The notes under the pieces were generated by a model. That model saw only the letters and a list, made by a program, of their open reading frames with translations. It ran no database searches and was not told where the DNA came from. A DNA stretch of 64,000 nucleotides from NCBI GenBank assembly GCA_913056395.1, contig CAJXMG010000006.1, positions 34,408-98,407 on the forward strand. Direction: 5' to 3'. Position 1 is the stretch's first letter, and each line of letters begins with the position of its first letter. This document shows, piece after piece, positions 10,025-19,683 of the stretch. Origin of the DNA: an uncultured bacterium (GTDB lineage Bacteria > Planctomycetota > UBA8108 > UBA1146). The position numbers and the translations under genes are program-made.

Positions 10025-10558
10025 TCATGAGCCGGAAGAACCGGACTCCTGAACCGCCTCCGCAGAGACTCCGCTTTTCATCGAATCTTCGGAGAAGATC
10101 CTGGTCATCGCTTCTTTCCTGTAATCAAAGATCCTTGCCAACTCTGATTTGACGTAAATGGCATGGGCCAAAGATCCGAGAGGGCCGAAAGGCAGGGTAT
10201 AAGTCACCCTGTCGAAGAAATGGACTCCCCCCTCAACCTCTTTGATTTCATGGTAGTGATACCAAAGGCTGTAAGGACCAATCCTTTGCTCGTCCACAAA
10301 GGAATGTCGATCCTTGATGTGCTTGATCTCCGTCAACCATCTTTGGGATCCGATCAGTGGAATTCCGACCCGATACTCAATCAACAGACCGTCGTACATC
10401 ACCTCCGGGACATCGGTCAGAATCGAAAACGACATGTCATCCGGTGTGATGGCATCGAGGTTTCTTGGAGTACTGATGAACTCCCAGGCTGTATCGAGAT
10501 CAGTCGGCAAAGTGAGGGATCTCTCAAGATTATGGATCTTTGGCATGTCGTCCTCCAA
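10025..10558 (-). CDS. SRPBCC superfamily protein (Bet v1/START-like, polyketide cyclase/dehydrase-like).
   Basis: 177 aa. Sequence character matches SRPBCC ligand-binding proteins (WEFISTPRNLDAITPD...YRVGIPLIG...). Family-level call only. Confidence 0.5.
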   Translation of the reverse strand: MEDDMPKIHNLERSLTLPTDLDTAWEFISTPRNLDAITPDDMSFSILTDVPEVMYDGLLIEYRVGIPLIGSQRWLTEIKHIKDRHSFVDEQRIGPYSLWYHYHEIKEVEGGVHFFDRVTYTLPFGPLGSLAHAIYVKSELARIFDYRKEAMTRIFSEDSMKSGVSAEAVQESGSSGS

Positions 10559-10716
10559 CTTGTGGCACTGTCATGTCTTCTTCAGGATACCTGTGTCCAT
10601 TATCTGTCGCTGTCGACAAATTGCCTGATCTTCGGGGTCGTGAATCCGCGAATTCGCCCTTAAATTACGTCCTTCAGGTCTACTTTTCCGTTTCAAAGAC
10701 AATCCGGGAGTCATTC

Positions 10717-11550
10717 ATGAGATTTTTCTGCCATTCACAGAATCAGGCTGTAGAAACCCCAATGCGGCTCGCAACCCTCCTCTTCCTGATGATGATCCTC
10801 GGCTCATGTACCGCTGCTGTTGCCCAAGTGGAAAAGAATCCACCCCAAAAACCGGAAGCGACTCCCGCCCCGGAAAAGGTAAAGACCCAAAAAGTGCTCT
10901 TCATCGGCAACAGCTTCACCTTCTGGCGTGGAGGTCTCGATCAACATCTGAAAATCCTCTCCCAATCGATGTCCCCTGAACTGGGATACGAAACCAAAGC
11001 CGTCACCCGGGGTGGAGCGTCGCTGGAAGTGATGTGGAAGCGGACTTCTGCCGCCGAGGAGATCCGTAACGGTAAGTACGATGTGGTGATCTTGCAGGAA
11101 GACATCCCGGAGACGACCGTCGAATCTTTTCAGACCTACTCAAAAAAGTTTGTCGAATTGGTCCGGGAATCCGGTGCCCGTCCCATTCTCTTCATGGCGT
11201 GGGATTACCAGAGATTGAACTGGATCTCGATGAAGGAAATCGCAGAGGCACACTTTCGCGTGGGTAAATCCCTGAAGGTGGAGGTCGCTCCGGTCGGATT
11301 TGCCTGGGCCCTCTGCAAGGAGCGGCAGCCTGCACTGAATCTCTACACCCGGGATGCGGAACACCCCAGCGTGGCGGGGATGTATCTGTCCCTGCTCGTC
11401 ATTGAATCGACGATCTCCGGAAAAAGCCCCCTCACCCGTGCTCCCAAAAAACTGGAGATACCAGGATTGCAGCAACTCAATGAAAAGGGCCGAAACTTCC
11501 TTCGCGAAGTGGCGCGGGATGCCCTTGCAGAGTGGAAGAAGAAGAACTGA
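10717..11550 (+). CDS. Secreted SGNH/GDSL-like hydrolase family protein.
   Basis: Signal peptide (MRLATLLFLMMILGSCTAAVAQ). VLFIGNSFTF resembles block I and DAEHPS resembles block V (DxxH) of the SGNH fold. The start was chosen at ATG 10717 (alternative 10762) rather than the ORF-track 10540. Confidence 0.5.
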   Translation: MRFFCHSQNQAVETPMRLATLLFLMMILGSCTAAVAQVEKNPPQKPEATPAPEKVKTQKVLFIGNSFTFWRGGLDQHLKILSQSMSPELGYETKAVTRGGASLEVMWKRTSAAEEIRNGKYDVVILQEDIPETTVESFQTYSKKFVELVRESGARPILFMAWDYQRLNWISMKEIAEAHFRVGKSLKVEVAPVGFAWALCKERQPALNLYTRDAEHPSVAGMYLSLLVIESTISGKSPLTRAPKKLEIPGLQQLNEKGRNFLREVARDALAEWKKKN

Positions 11551-11559
11551 AGACCCCGG

Positions 11560-12675
11560 TCAGTCGATTTCGTAAATCAGGAGATCGCAGGAAAGATCCC
11601 CATTCGGGATCGGGATCCTGTTCGCTGGCTTCACCTTCATGGCTTCTTCAATCGCGCGACTGCCTGCCAGCAGGGCAATTCGCCAACCGTGCAGTTTCCG
11701 AAACACGGCTCCCATCCGATCGAGGAAATCAGGGGTTGCTGCCAAACGCTTGCCATACGGTGGATTGCTGACGAGGGTCATCACCGGACCATCCGCCTGC
11801 AGATCAAAGACTGACTGCTCCTTGAAAGAGAGCCGAACCCCGGCCTTGCGGGCATTCCCCCTGGCAATATCGAGCACCTCTCCGTCCACATCCCGCGCAA
11901 TCACCGAAGGCCTCTGCCCCCTTGCTGCCCCTCTGAGTTCGCCCTTCATCAACCGGAGCTGATTCTCAGAGTCCTCATCGAAACTGGCCCAACGCTGAAA
12001 TCCGAATGTGGGGCGGGCCAGTCCGGGAGCCAGCTCCTGAGCCCATTGAGCCGCTTCGATGGCGATGGTTCCGGAGCCACACATGGGATCGATCAGGGGA
12101 GACTGGCGATCCCAGCCCGACATTCGCAACATGGCGGCCGCGAGGTTTTCCCTCAGGGGAGCTTCCCCCGATTCCGCCCGATAGCCGCGCAGATGTAACG
12201 GCTGACCGGAGAGGTCGAGGTAGATTTTCAACTTGTCATTGGCGAGATACACGAAGACACGAACATCGGCATCATCCCGATCGATGGAGGGACGATCCCC
12301 CCAACGCTCACGGATCTGATCGACGATGGCATCCTTGGCACGAAGTGCCACAAATCCGCTGTGATTCAATTGGCTGCCCACCGTCACACATTGGACGGAC
12401 AGGGTTTTCTCCGCGGTCAAATACAGATCCCAGTCAACCGCCTGGACCTCGCGGTACAACTCGTCTGCATTGGTCGCCATGCCTCGCCCCATCAGCACCA
12501 TGATTCTCTGGGCAATCCGACTTTCGAGGCAGGCACGCCAACCCTCACTCCAGTCCCCCCGAAAGGGGATCCCGCCCCGATTCAGACGAACACTTTGGAA
12601 GCCCAGCTCCCGCAGTTCATCGCAGAGTGCGCTCTCCGTGTTTTTACTGGCGGAGGCAAAGAATTCGAGGGTCAA
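11560..12675 (-). CDS. THUMP-domain class I SAM-dependent RNA methyltransferase (RlmL/RlmK-like rRNA m2G methyltransferase family).
   Basis: N-terminal THUMP-like region, SAM motif I DPMCGSGTIAIEAA and catalytic NPPYG motif. 4-nt overlap with the downstream OYE gene. Confidence 0.7.
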   Translation of the reverse strand: MTLEFFASASKNTESALCDELRELGFQSVRLNRGGIPFRGDWSEGWRACLESRIAQRIMVLMGRGMATNADELYREVQAVDWDLYLTAEKTLSVQCVTVGSQLNHSGFVALRAKDAIVDQIRERWGDRPSIDRDDADVRVFVYLANDKLKIYLDLSGQPLHLRGYRAESGEAPLRENLAAAMLRMSGWDRQSPLIDPMCGSGTIAIEAAQWAQELAPGLARPTFGFQRWASFDEDSENQLRLMKGELRGAARGQRPSVIARDVDGEVLDIARGNARKAGVRLSFKEQSVFDLQADGPVMTLVSNPPYGKRLAATPDFLDRMGAVFRKLHGWRIALLAGSRAIEEAMKVKPANRIPIPNGDLSCDLLIYEID

Positions 12676-13787
12676 CGCTTCTCTTCCTTCTCTTCCGCAA
12701 GGGGCCAGTCTGTCAGGCCTTCCGCCCCTCCAAGATAAAACGACTTTCGATCCCAGGGGGTCAACGGCAAGTCTTCACGAAGACGCCTGCGCAGATCCGG
12801 GTTGGAGATGAAATCGCGGCCAAACATGACCGCATCACATTTTCCAGAATCGAGGGCTTCCCTTGCGGTTTCCCGGGTGTAGCCTCCCCCGGCCACATAG
12901 AGCCCCCGCTCCTGGCCATCAAACGCCTCTCGAATGCGGGCGCAGATCCGGTCGAGGCCCTCTTCACGAACCCCGACGGAAAAACTCTCCACCACGTCGA
13001 TGAAAGCGATCTTCATTTCGGCCAGGTGATCCGCCAGAGTTCCGTAGGTCTCCAGCATGTTGTGATCATGCCGCTGCCCGTCCGCCTCTCCTCCAATCGG
13101 GGAGATCCGGTAGCCGGTTCTGTCAGAACCCACTTCACGGACCACCGCTTCGGCGACTTCCAGGGAGAATCTCATTCTCCCTTCGAGTGATCCGCCATAC
13201 CCATCGGTTCGATCGTTGATGCCTGAACGTAAAAACTGCTCCAGCAGATATCCGTTGGCCCCATGAATTTCGACGCCATCAAAACCCGCCTCCATGCAAC
13301 GCGCCGCTGCCAATCGGAACTCCTCGACGACAGCAGGAATTTCTGACTCCAGCAAAGCACGTGGATCTGAAACCGCCTTTCGTGTTCCATCCGCATCGAT
13401 GTAGGTTTTTCCCCCACCATTCACGGCGGTTGCCGAGACGGGGGGTTGACTTTCCGGTTGCAGGCTGACATGGCTGACTCTGCCCACATGCCACAGTTGG
13501 CAAAAAATCTTCCCACCCACAGCGTGCACGGCCTGGGTCACTTTTTTCCAACCGTTCACCTGCTCCGGAGTGTGAATACCGGGGGTGGCAAAATAACCAT
13601 GCCCAGCGGGCGTGACCGGAGTGGCCTCGGAGAGAATCACCACCGCACCATTTTCGGGGTGAGCCCTCTGGGCGTAGTACTCCGCATGGAGTTCAGTCGG
13701 AAGATTGCCCGGCTGGGAAGCCCTCGAACGGGTCAGCGGAGCCATCCAGATCGGCCAGAAATCTTCATGGATTGCAGATTTGAACAA
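12672..13787 (-). CDS. Old Yellow Enzyme family NADH:flavin oxidoreductase (alkene/N-ethylmaleimide reductase-like).
   Basis: CQLWHVGRVSH, GFDGVEIHGANGYLLEQFL and the overall TIM-barrel OYE signature seen in the translation. Confidence 0.8.
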   Translation of the reverse strand: MFKSAIHEDFWPIWMAPLTRSRASQPGNLPTELHAEYYAQRAHPENGAVVILSEATPVTPAGHGYFATPGIHTPEQVNGWKKVTQAVHAVGGKIFCQLWHVGRVSHVSLQPESQPPVSATAVNGGGKTYIDADGTRKAVSDPRALLESEIPAVVEEFRLAAARCMEAGFDGVEIHGANGYLLEQFLRSGINDRTDGYGGSLEGRMRFSLEVAEAVVREVGSDRTGYRISPIGGEADGQRHDHNMLETYGTLADHLAEMKIAFIDVVESFSVGVREEGLDRICARIREAFDGQERGLYVAGGGYTRETAREALDSGKCDAVMFGRDFISNPDLRRRLREDLPLTPWDRKSFYLGGAEGLTDWPLAEEKEEKR

Positions 13788-13825
13788 GATTCTTTCCCTT
13801 CAAGGCTCTCAGATTACCTCAAAAT

Positions 13826-13854
13826 GGGCCTCAATGGCCCTCAATGGCCCACCC
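13826..13854 (+). promoter_or_regulatory. Tandem direct repeat (tcaatggccc x2 plus a partial copy) upstream of the phosphate porin and pst operon. Candidate PhoB-type box.
   Basis: gggccTCAATGGCCCTCAATGGCCCaccc lies about 150 bp upstream of the porin start. It has a 10-bp period like Pho boxes but does not match the E. coli consensus. Confidence 0.3.
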
Positions 13855-14005
13855 ACCCTCTTTGCAAAACCTTTACACAAAACTATTCGCAACCCTTATA
13901 TCGCTTACCTACCCTCCAAACCATCTTCGCAAACGTCAATTTATTAGACGCTTTTCGAAGACAGTTTTAAAGCAAACCACCAAATAGGGGGAAATCGACA
14001 TTCCG

Positions 14006-15202
14006 TGTCAACTTCGATCGCTTTTTGTTTTCGTTCTCATTGTTTCTTCAACTCTGCTGTTCACTCAGCAGCCTGTCTCCGCCCAGGACGCCATGTCCCC
14101 CATTTGGAAAAATGGACTCGGCTTCTCTACCGCAGACGGCAAAAACAAGATCAGCCTTGGAGGTCGTTTGCAGATCGATACCGGTTTCTTTTCTGAAGAG
14201 GACGGAGTCGATGTGGAAGAGGATGGCGTACGGATGCGCCGCGCCCGAATTGCCCTCTCCGGCCTGATCAATGGCAACATCGAATTCAAGACCCAGTACG
14301 ATTTTTCGGGTGGAGACGCGGACTTCAAAGATTTCTACATGGGCTTCCTCAACAAGGGTTCCATGCCTGGCGTGATCAGCAAAATCCGTGTGGGTCAGCA
14401 GTACGAGCCGTTCGGTCTGGAAACACTCACCAGCAGTAAATACATCACTTTTGCCGAACGCAGTTTCACCGACGTCTTCTCCCCAAGCCGGAACACCGGA
14501 ATCCTGGCCTTCATGGACCCCTTCGAAAACATGGACAGCTCCTTTGCCCTCGGTGTTTTCAAGGACGACAACGGCTATGAAAATGCACAGGGAGACAATG
14601 AGCAGGCAGTCACCGGTCGACTGACCCTGGCCCCCATCAATGAAAAAGACGGGTCCCTCCTTCATCTGGGAGTCGCCTTCAGCTCGAGGAAAAACCCGGG
14701 AGCGACGATCTCCTACGACGCCAACGCCCTTTCCAGCCTCGGTGAGGACATCGTCGATGGAAGCCTCGCCAGCGAGCAGGTCGATCTGCTGGGATTCGAA
14801 GCCGCCTACAGTCAAGGCCCTCTCTGCCTGCAGGCCGAAATGGTTCAGTCCTCCCTCGACACTGCAGATGCCACGGCGTGGTACCTGATGGCCAGTTACT
14901 TCCTCACCGGTGAAAGTCGCCCCTACAAGGCTTCGTCGGGAGTCTTCAGCCGCGTCAAGCCGGCCAACAATCAGGATGACGCTGGATCGGGAGCTCTCGA
15001 ACTGGCAGTGCGCATCACTGAAATCGACCTGGAAGAGATGACCGCCGGCGAAGAGGCGGAAGCGGTCACCGTCGGTCTCAACTGGTACCTGAATCCGAAC
15101 TCCCGAATCATGTTCAACCTGACCAATGCATCGCCGGGCGAAGCCTCTGCCTATGGCAATGAAGTCACCAGTTTCGTCACCCGTTTCGCTGTGAAGTTCT
15201 GA
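14006..15202 (+). CDS. Phosphate-selective porin O/P (OprO/OprP family) outer-membrane beta-barrel.
   Basis: The ORF track starts at 14093, but an in-frame GTG at 14006 adds a signal peptide (LFVFVLIVSSTLLFTQQPVSAQDA). C-terminal ...TRFAVKF (terminal Phe) is typical of OM barrels. Located immediately upstream of pstSCAB-phoU. Confidence 0.65.
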   Translation, partial: CQLRSLFVFVLIVSSTLLFTQQPVSAQDAMSPIWKNGLGFSTADGKNKISLGGRLQIDTGFFSEEDGVDVEEDGVRMRRARIALSGLINGNIEFKTQYDFSGGDADFKDFYMGFLNKGSMPGVISKIRVGQQYEPFGLETLTSSKYITFAERSFTDVFSPSRNTGILAFMDPFENMDSSFALGVFKDDNGYENAQGDNEQAVTGRLTLAPINEKDGSLLHLGVAFSSRKNPGATISYDANALSSLGEDIVDGSLASEQVDLLGFEAAYSQGPLCLQAEMVQSSLDTADATAWYLMASYFLTGESRPYKASSGVFSRVKPANNQDDAGSGALELAVRITEIDLEEMTAGEEAEAVTVGLNWYLNPNSRIMFNLTNASPGEASAYGNEVTSFVTRFAVKF

Positions 15203-15288
15203 TTAAGATTGTTGTTTCTGGGAGGTTTCAGTTTGCAACTGCATCTAAATGTTGGCAGTTTGCCGAAAACCTAGAAAAGGGTTTACAA

Positions 15289-16251
15289 ATGAATAACAAA
15301 GGAATTGCGTCGCTTCTCGTAGCAGTTTTCATTCTTGCTGGTTGCACCAGTGAAGGCACTAACTCCAAAGAGGGTTTGTCGGGAACCGTCAGGGTCGACG
15401 GATCCAGCACTGTCTTCCCCATTACCATGGCGATTGCCGAGGAGTTTCAGAACCTGCACCCCAACATGAATGTACCCGTGGGTGTCTCGGGAACCGGTGG
15501 AGGATTCAAAAAGTTCACTATCGGTGAAATCGACATCAATGACGCCTCCCGTCCGATCAAGGACAAGGAAAAAGCCAAGTGTGCGGAGTACGGGATCGAT
15601 TACATCGAGATTGCGGTTGCTTACGACGGTCTTTCGGTAGTCACCCACCCCGACAATGACTTTGTCGATGCCATTACCGTCGAAGAATTGAACAAGATCT
15701 GGCACCCGGAATCCGCCGTCAGCAACTGGAGTCAGGTTCGTGCTGGATGGCCCGATCGTGACATTGAGCTGTTTGGACCAGGTTCTGACAGCGGAACCTT
15801 TGACTACTTCACCAAAGTCGTCAACGGTGAAGAGCAGCTTTGCAGATCCGATTACATGCAGAGTGAGGATGACAATGTTCTTATCAAAGGAGTTTCCGGT
15901 GACAAGGATTCTCTGGCCTTCTTCGGATACGTTTACTACAAGGAAAATGCCGAAAAACTGAAGATTGTTCCTGTCAGCTACAAGGGCGAGAGCGCCGTCA
16001 CTCCTGATGAGACGACGATCAATAACGGCACTTACAAGCCCCTTTCCAGACCGATCTTCATTTACGTCAGCAGTGCTGCAGCAGTCCGCAAGGAAGTTCA
16101 GGAATTTGTAAAATTCTACCTGAAGAATGCTCCCCAACTCGTTTCTGAGGTAGGATATGTGCCTCTTCCAGATTCTGACTACTCGCAGAGCCTGAAAGAC
16201 TTTGACGCCTTTGTTGCCAAGTCGAGCGCAAACAGCGGAGCGGCCCAATAA
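15289..16251 (+). CDS. pstS: Phosphate ABC transporter substrate-binding lipoprotein PstS.
   Basis: Lipoprotein signal ([13 protein letters not shown]). [20 protein letters not shown] and GTGGGFKKF are characteristic of PstS. First gene of the pst operon. Confidence 0.85.
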   Translation: MNNKGIASLLVAVFILAGCTSEGTNSKEGLSGTVRVDGSSTVFPITMAIAEEFQNLHPNMNVPVGVSGTGGGFKKFTIGEIDINDASRPIKDKEKAKCAEYGIDYIEIAVAYDGLSVVTHPDNDFVDAITVEELNKIWHPESAVSNWSQVRAGWPDRDIELFGPGSDSGTFDYFTKVVNGEEQLCRSDYMQSEDDNVLIKGVSGDKDSLAFFGYVYYKENAEKLKIVPVSYKGESAVTPDETTINNGTYKPLSRPIFIYVSSAAAVRKEVQEFVKFYLKNAPQLVSEVGYVPLPDSDYSQSLKDFDAFVAKSSANSGAAQ

Positions 16252-16258
16252 GGATCTG

Positions 16259-17179
16259 ATGCCCGAAATAGCGACTTTTTCATTAGGGAATTCGAAAAAG
16301 AGATCCCGTTGGATTGAAGAGGCAACGCGCAGTGGATTTTTCCTCTGCGCGTTGGCCTCTGTTTTGACGACTTTTGGAATCGTTTTTGTTTTGATCCGTG
16401 AGGCGATCCCCTTCTTTCAAGTGGTGCCCTTTTGGGACTTCCTCTTCGGAACCCGCTGGAACGCCCTGATCGAACCGCGTTCCTTTGGTGTGATCCCACT
16501 TTTCATGGGCACGATGATCATCGTCATCGGCTCCGGATTGATTGCGATCCCCATCGGACTGGCCAGCGCCATCTACCTCAGTGAATTTGCCAGCGACAGA
16601 ACCCGAAAGATCGTCAAGCCTGTTCTCGAGATTCTCGCAGGGATTCCCACCGTCGTTTACGGCTACTTTGCCCTTACCGGAATCACCCCCCTGCTGAAGC
16701 TCGTCAATGACGACATCTCCGTCTTCAATGCCCTTTCCGCCTCCATCGTCGTCGCCGTCATGATCCTGCCGATGGTGGCTTCTCTGTGTGACGACGCACT
16801 GAAGGCCGTTCCCAGGGCACTGCGGGAGGGCGGATTCGCTCTCGGCAGCACCAAAACCGAGGTCTCCCTCAAGATCGTCGTCCCGGCAGCCCTGTCGGGG
16901 ATCGTCGCCTCTTTTGTGCTCGCCTTCTCGAGGGCCATCGGTGAGACGATGGCAGTGACTCTCGCTGCCGGAGCCACGCCCAAACTGACCATGAATCCTC
17001 TGGAGAGCATCCAGACGATGACGGCCTACATCGTTCAGGTCGCTACCGGTGACATCGAACATGGATCCGTTTCCTACTACTCGCTTTATGCGGTCGGCGG
17101 GATGCTGTTCCTGATCACTCTGGGAGCCAACCTGCTGAGTCACCGGATTCTGAAGAAGTACCGGGAGCAATACGAATGA
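16259..17179 (+). CDS. pstC: Phosphate ABC transporter permease PstC.
   Basis: Multi-TM permease with an ABC-TM1 fold in the pstS-C-A-B order. The start was moved to ATG 16259 just after the pstS stop (ORF-track start 16202 overlaps pstS). Confidence 0.8.
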   Translation: MPEIATFSLGNSKKRSRWIEEATRSGFFLCALASVLTTFGIVFVLIREAIPFFQVVPFWDFLFGTRWNALIEPRSFGVIPLFMGTMIIVIGSGLIAIPIGLASAIYLSEFASDRTRKIVKPVLEILAGIPTVVYGYFALTGITPLLKLVNDDISVFNALSASIVVAVMILPMVASLCDDALKAVPRALREGGFALGSTKTEVSLKIVVPAALSGIVASFVLAFSRAIGETMAVTLAAGATPKLTMNPLESIQTMTAYIVQVATGDIEHGSVSYYSLYAVGGMLFLITLGANLLSHRILKKYREQYE

Positions 17180-18066
17180 GCACCTCACAGGCCACTCCCC
17201 CCTCTGAATTCAACTCTGCTCTGGAGAGAAGAAAATTCACTTCCAGTCTCTTCAAGAACTGCTGTGCTTTTCTCTCATGGCTGTGCATTGGAATTCTCGG
17301 ATTTCTTCTGGTTCACATCTTCAGCGCCGGCTGGGAATGGGTCAGTTTCGATTTCCTGAAAAATCCACCGTCGCGAATGCCTCACAAGGCGGGTCTTTTC
17401 TCGGCCTTCATGGGCACCATCTGGATCATCGTGACGACCGCCTGCATCGCCATCCCGGTGGGTGTCTGCTCAGCTCTTTACCTTGAAGAGTACGCACGAA
17501 AAAACCGACTCAACACCTTCATTGAGGTCAATATCGCCAACCTGGCTGGAGTCCCCTCCATCGTTTACGGGATTCTGGGCCTGACCCTGTTTGTGCGGTT
17601 TCTCAAGTTTGGACCGAGTGTGCTCGCAGGGGCCCTGACCCTGACACTACTGATACTGCCCGTCATCATCATTGCCTCGAGAGAAGCGATCAAAGCGGTG
17701 CCGCCTTCGATCCGGCTCTCCGCCTACGCTCTGGGGGCGACACAGTTTCAAACGGTCTTTCACCACGTGTTGCCCGCTGCTTTGCCGGGAATCATGACAG
17801 GGGTGATTCTCGCCCTCTCACGGGCCATTGGCGAAACGGCGCCCATCCTGATGGTGGGTGCTGTGGCCTACGTCCGCAAAGCCCCCTCCGGGATTCTCGA
17901 TGGTTTCACCGCGCTCCCGATCCAGATCTACAATTGGGCTCGGGAAGCCAAGCCTGAGTTTGAGGGATTGGCTGCGGGTGGTATTATCGTGCTTCTGGTT
18001 CTGTTGTTCACGATGAACAGCATTGCGATCCTCATTCGTAACAAAACCCAAAAGGCGCAATCATGA
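17176..18066 (+). CDS. pstA: Phosphate ABC transporter permease PstA.
   Basis: Second permease; 4-nt overlap with pstC; EAA-like loop region ([16 protein letters not shown]). Confidence 0.85.
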   Translation: MSTSQATPPSEFNSALERRKFTSSLFKNCCAFLSWLCIGILGFLLVHIFSAGWEWVSFDFLKNPPSRMPHKAGLFSAFMGTIWIIVTTACIAIPVGVCSALYLEEYARKNRLNTFIEVNIANLAGVPSIVYGILGLTLFVRFLKFGPSVLAGALTLTLLILPVIIIASREAIKAVPPSIRLSAYALGATQFQTVFHHVLPAALPGIMTGVILALSRAIGETAPILMVGAVAYVRKAPSGILDGFTALPIQIYNWAREAKPEFEGLAAGGIIVLLVLLFTMNSIAILIRNKTQKAQS

Positions 18067-18929
18067 GTTCCGCTGAAAAAACTCACACTGTTTCTGAGGA
18101 AGAGTTTATGAACAAGCGTCCGGCAACCCCCGAACCCAAAAAGAATTCATCGGAAGCCTCTGATAAAGAGTCGGACATGAAAAATGCTCACCTCAAGGGT
18201 GACAACGTGACCATCAGTTACGGTTCGGAGCAGGCCGTCAAAAACGTCGATATCCGTTTTCCGACCAACAAGATCACTGCGGTCATCGGCCCCTCCGGTT
18301 GCGGAAAGAGCACACTGCTGAGGGCCTTTAACAGAATGAATGACTTCATTCCCAGTGCCTCGGTCGAAGGAAGCCTGACCTACCGGGACATGGATCTCTA
18401 CGGCAAGGACATCGATCCTGTCGAGGTTCGGTTGCGCATCGGCATGGTCTTCCAAAAGCCCAACCCTTTTCCCAAGACCATCTACAAAAACATTGCCTGG
18501 GCACCCCAGATCAATGGCTACAAGGGAGACATCGACGAGCTGGTCGAATCGTCCCTGAGAAGTGCTGCACTTTGGGATGAGGTCTCCGACAGGCTCCATG
18601 ATTCAGCCCTCGGCCTCTCCGGAGGACAACAGCAGAGACTCTGCATCGCCAGAGCCCTCGCCATGAAGCCGGAAGTTTTGCTCATGGATGAGCCGTGTTC
18701 CGCCCTCGATCCGGTCTCGACCAGTCACATTGAAGACCTGATGCTGGAACTCAAAAAGCAGTACACGATCGTGATCGTCACGCACAACATGCAACAGGCA
18801 GCCCGGGTTTCAGATTACACCGCATTCATGGAATCCGGTGTGCTGATCGAGTTTGACGACACCGGGACCATCTTCACCAAACCGTCGGTTCAACGAACCG
18901 AAGACTACGTTTCGGGAAGATTCGGTTAA
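18063..18929 (+). CDS. pstB: Phosphate ABC transporter ATP-binding protein PstB.
   Basis: Walker [13 protein letters not shown] signature [16 protein letters not shown], Walker [12 protein letters not shown]. Confidence 0.9.
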   Translation: MSSAEKTHTVSEEEFMNKRPATPEPKKNSSEASDKESDMKNAHLKGDNVTISYGSEQAVKNVDIRFPTNKITAVIGPSGCGKSTLLRAFNRMNDFIPSASVEGSLTYRDMDLYGKDIDPVEVRLRIGMVFQKPNPFPKTIYKNIAWAPQINGYKGDIDELVESSLRSAALWDEVSDRLHDSALGLSGGQQQRLCIARALAMKPEVLLMDEPCSALDPVSTSHIEDLMLELKKQYTIVIVTHNMQQAARVSDYTAFMESGVLIEFDDTGTIFTKPSVQRTEDYVSGRFG

Positions 18930-18998
18930 TCGGAACGATCAGTTTGAGTCCGAAACTTGAAACCGTGATGTCACTTCTCCTCATAATGGAGTCCGCGG

Positions 18999-19670
18999 AT
19001 GACCTTACACCTACAAAGAGACCTTGAAGCCGTCAAAAGCCAGTTGCTCGATATGGGCAGTCTGGTGGAAAAAGTCTCCAACCAGGCGATCACCGCACTT
19101 CAGGAGAGAGATACAGAACTTTCTGCCGGTGTCCATGAACTGGACCTCACCATTGATCAGCAGGAAGTGAAGATCGAAGAAGAGTGCCTGAAGATTCTCG
19201 CCCTGCACCAGCCCGTGGCCACGGATCTCCGTTTTGTGGTTTGTGTCATGAAGGTCAACAACGATCTCGAGCGAATGGGCGATCTCGCCATTAACATCGC
19301 CGAGAGAGCCAGTTACCTCTCCAGCCATGAACCCCTGGGGGTCCCCCTCGATTTCCATCGCATGGCAGAGCTGACCCGTGAAATGGTCAAGGAAAGCCTC
19401 AACGCACTTTTGAACCTGGATACGGATTTGGCTCGAAAAGTACTCGCAAAGGACGACGAGGTCGATGAGATCAATCGTCAGATGTTTGAGATCCTGGAAG
19501 AGATCATGCTGAAAGATCCGACGACGATCCGTCGTGCCATCCACCTGCTCTCTGCTTCAAGGCACCTGGAACGCATCGCCGACCTCGCCACCAACATCGC
19601 CGAGGATGTCGTCTTCCTGGTTGAGGGCGAAGTAATTCGCCATCTTCCTGAGGATTACAACCGGGCCTGA
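18999..19670 (+). CDS. phoU: Phosphate signalling complex protein PhoU.
   Basis: 223 aa with two PhoU repeats (DxxxD motifs, e.g. VNNDLERMGDLAINIAE and HLERIADLATNIAED). Immediately downstream of pstB. Confidence 0.85.
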   Translation: MTLHLQRDLEAVKSQLLDMGSLVEKVSNQAITALQERDTELSAGVHELDLTIDQQEVKIEEECLKILALHQPVATDLRFVVCVMKVNNDLERMGDLAINIAERASYLSSHEPLGVPLDFHRMAELTREMVKESLNALLNLDTDLARKVLAKDDEVDEINRQMFEILEEIMLKDPTTIRRAIHLLSASRHLERIADLATNIAEDVVFLVEGEVIRHLPEDYNRA

Positions 19671-19683
19671 TCCCCCATTCGGG

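Noticed and set aside
14048-18599. Minus-strand ORFs opposite the porin and pst genes (14048..14815, 15283..16248, 16283..17188, 18147..18599).
   Set aside because: The plus-strand genes have unambiguous porin/PstSCAB signatures. The minus ORFs lack motifs and have an atypical Asp/Gly/Arg composition.
19011-19544. 177-aa minus ORF opposite phoU; also 8116..8667, 9475..9999, 23505..24269, 12006..12811 and 57741..58202 opposite other annotated genes.
   Set aside because: All are antisense to genes with family-level signatures. None has start-context or motif support.
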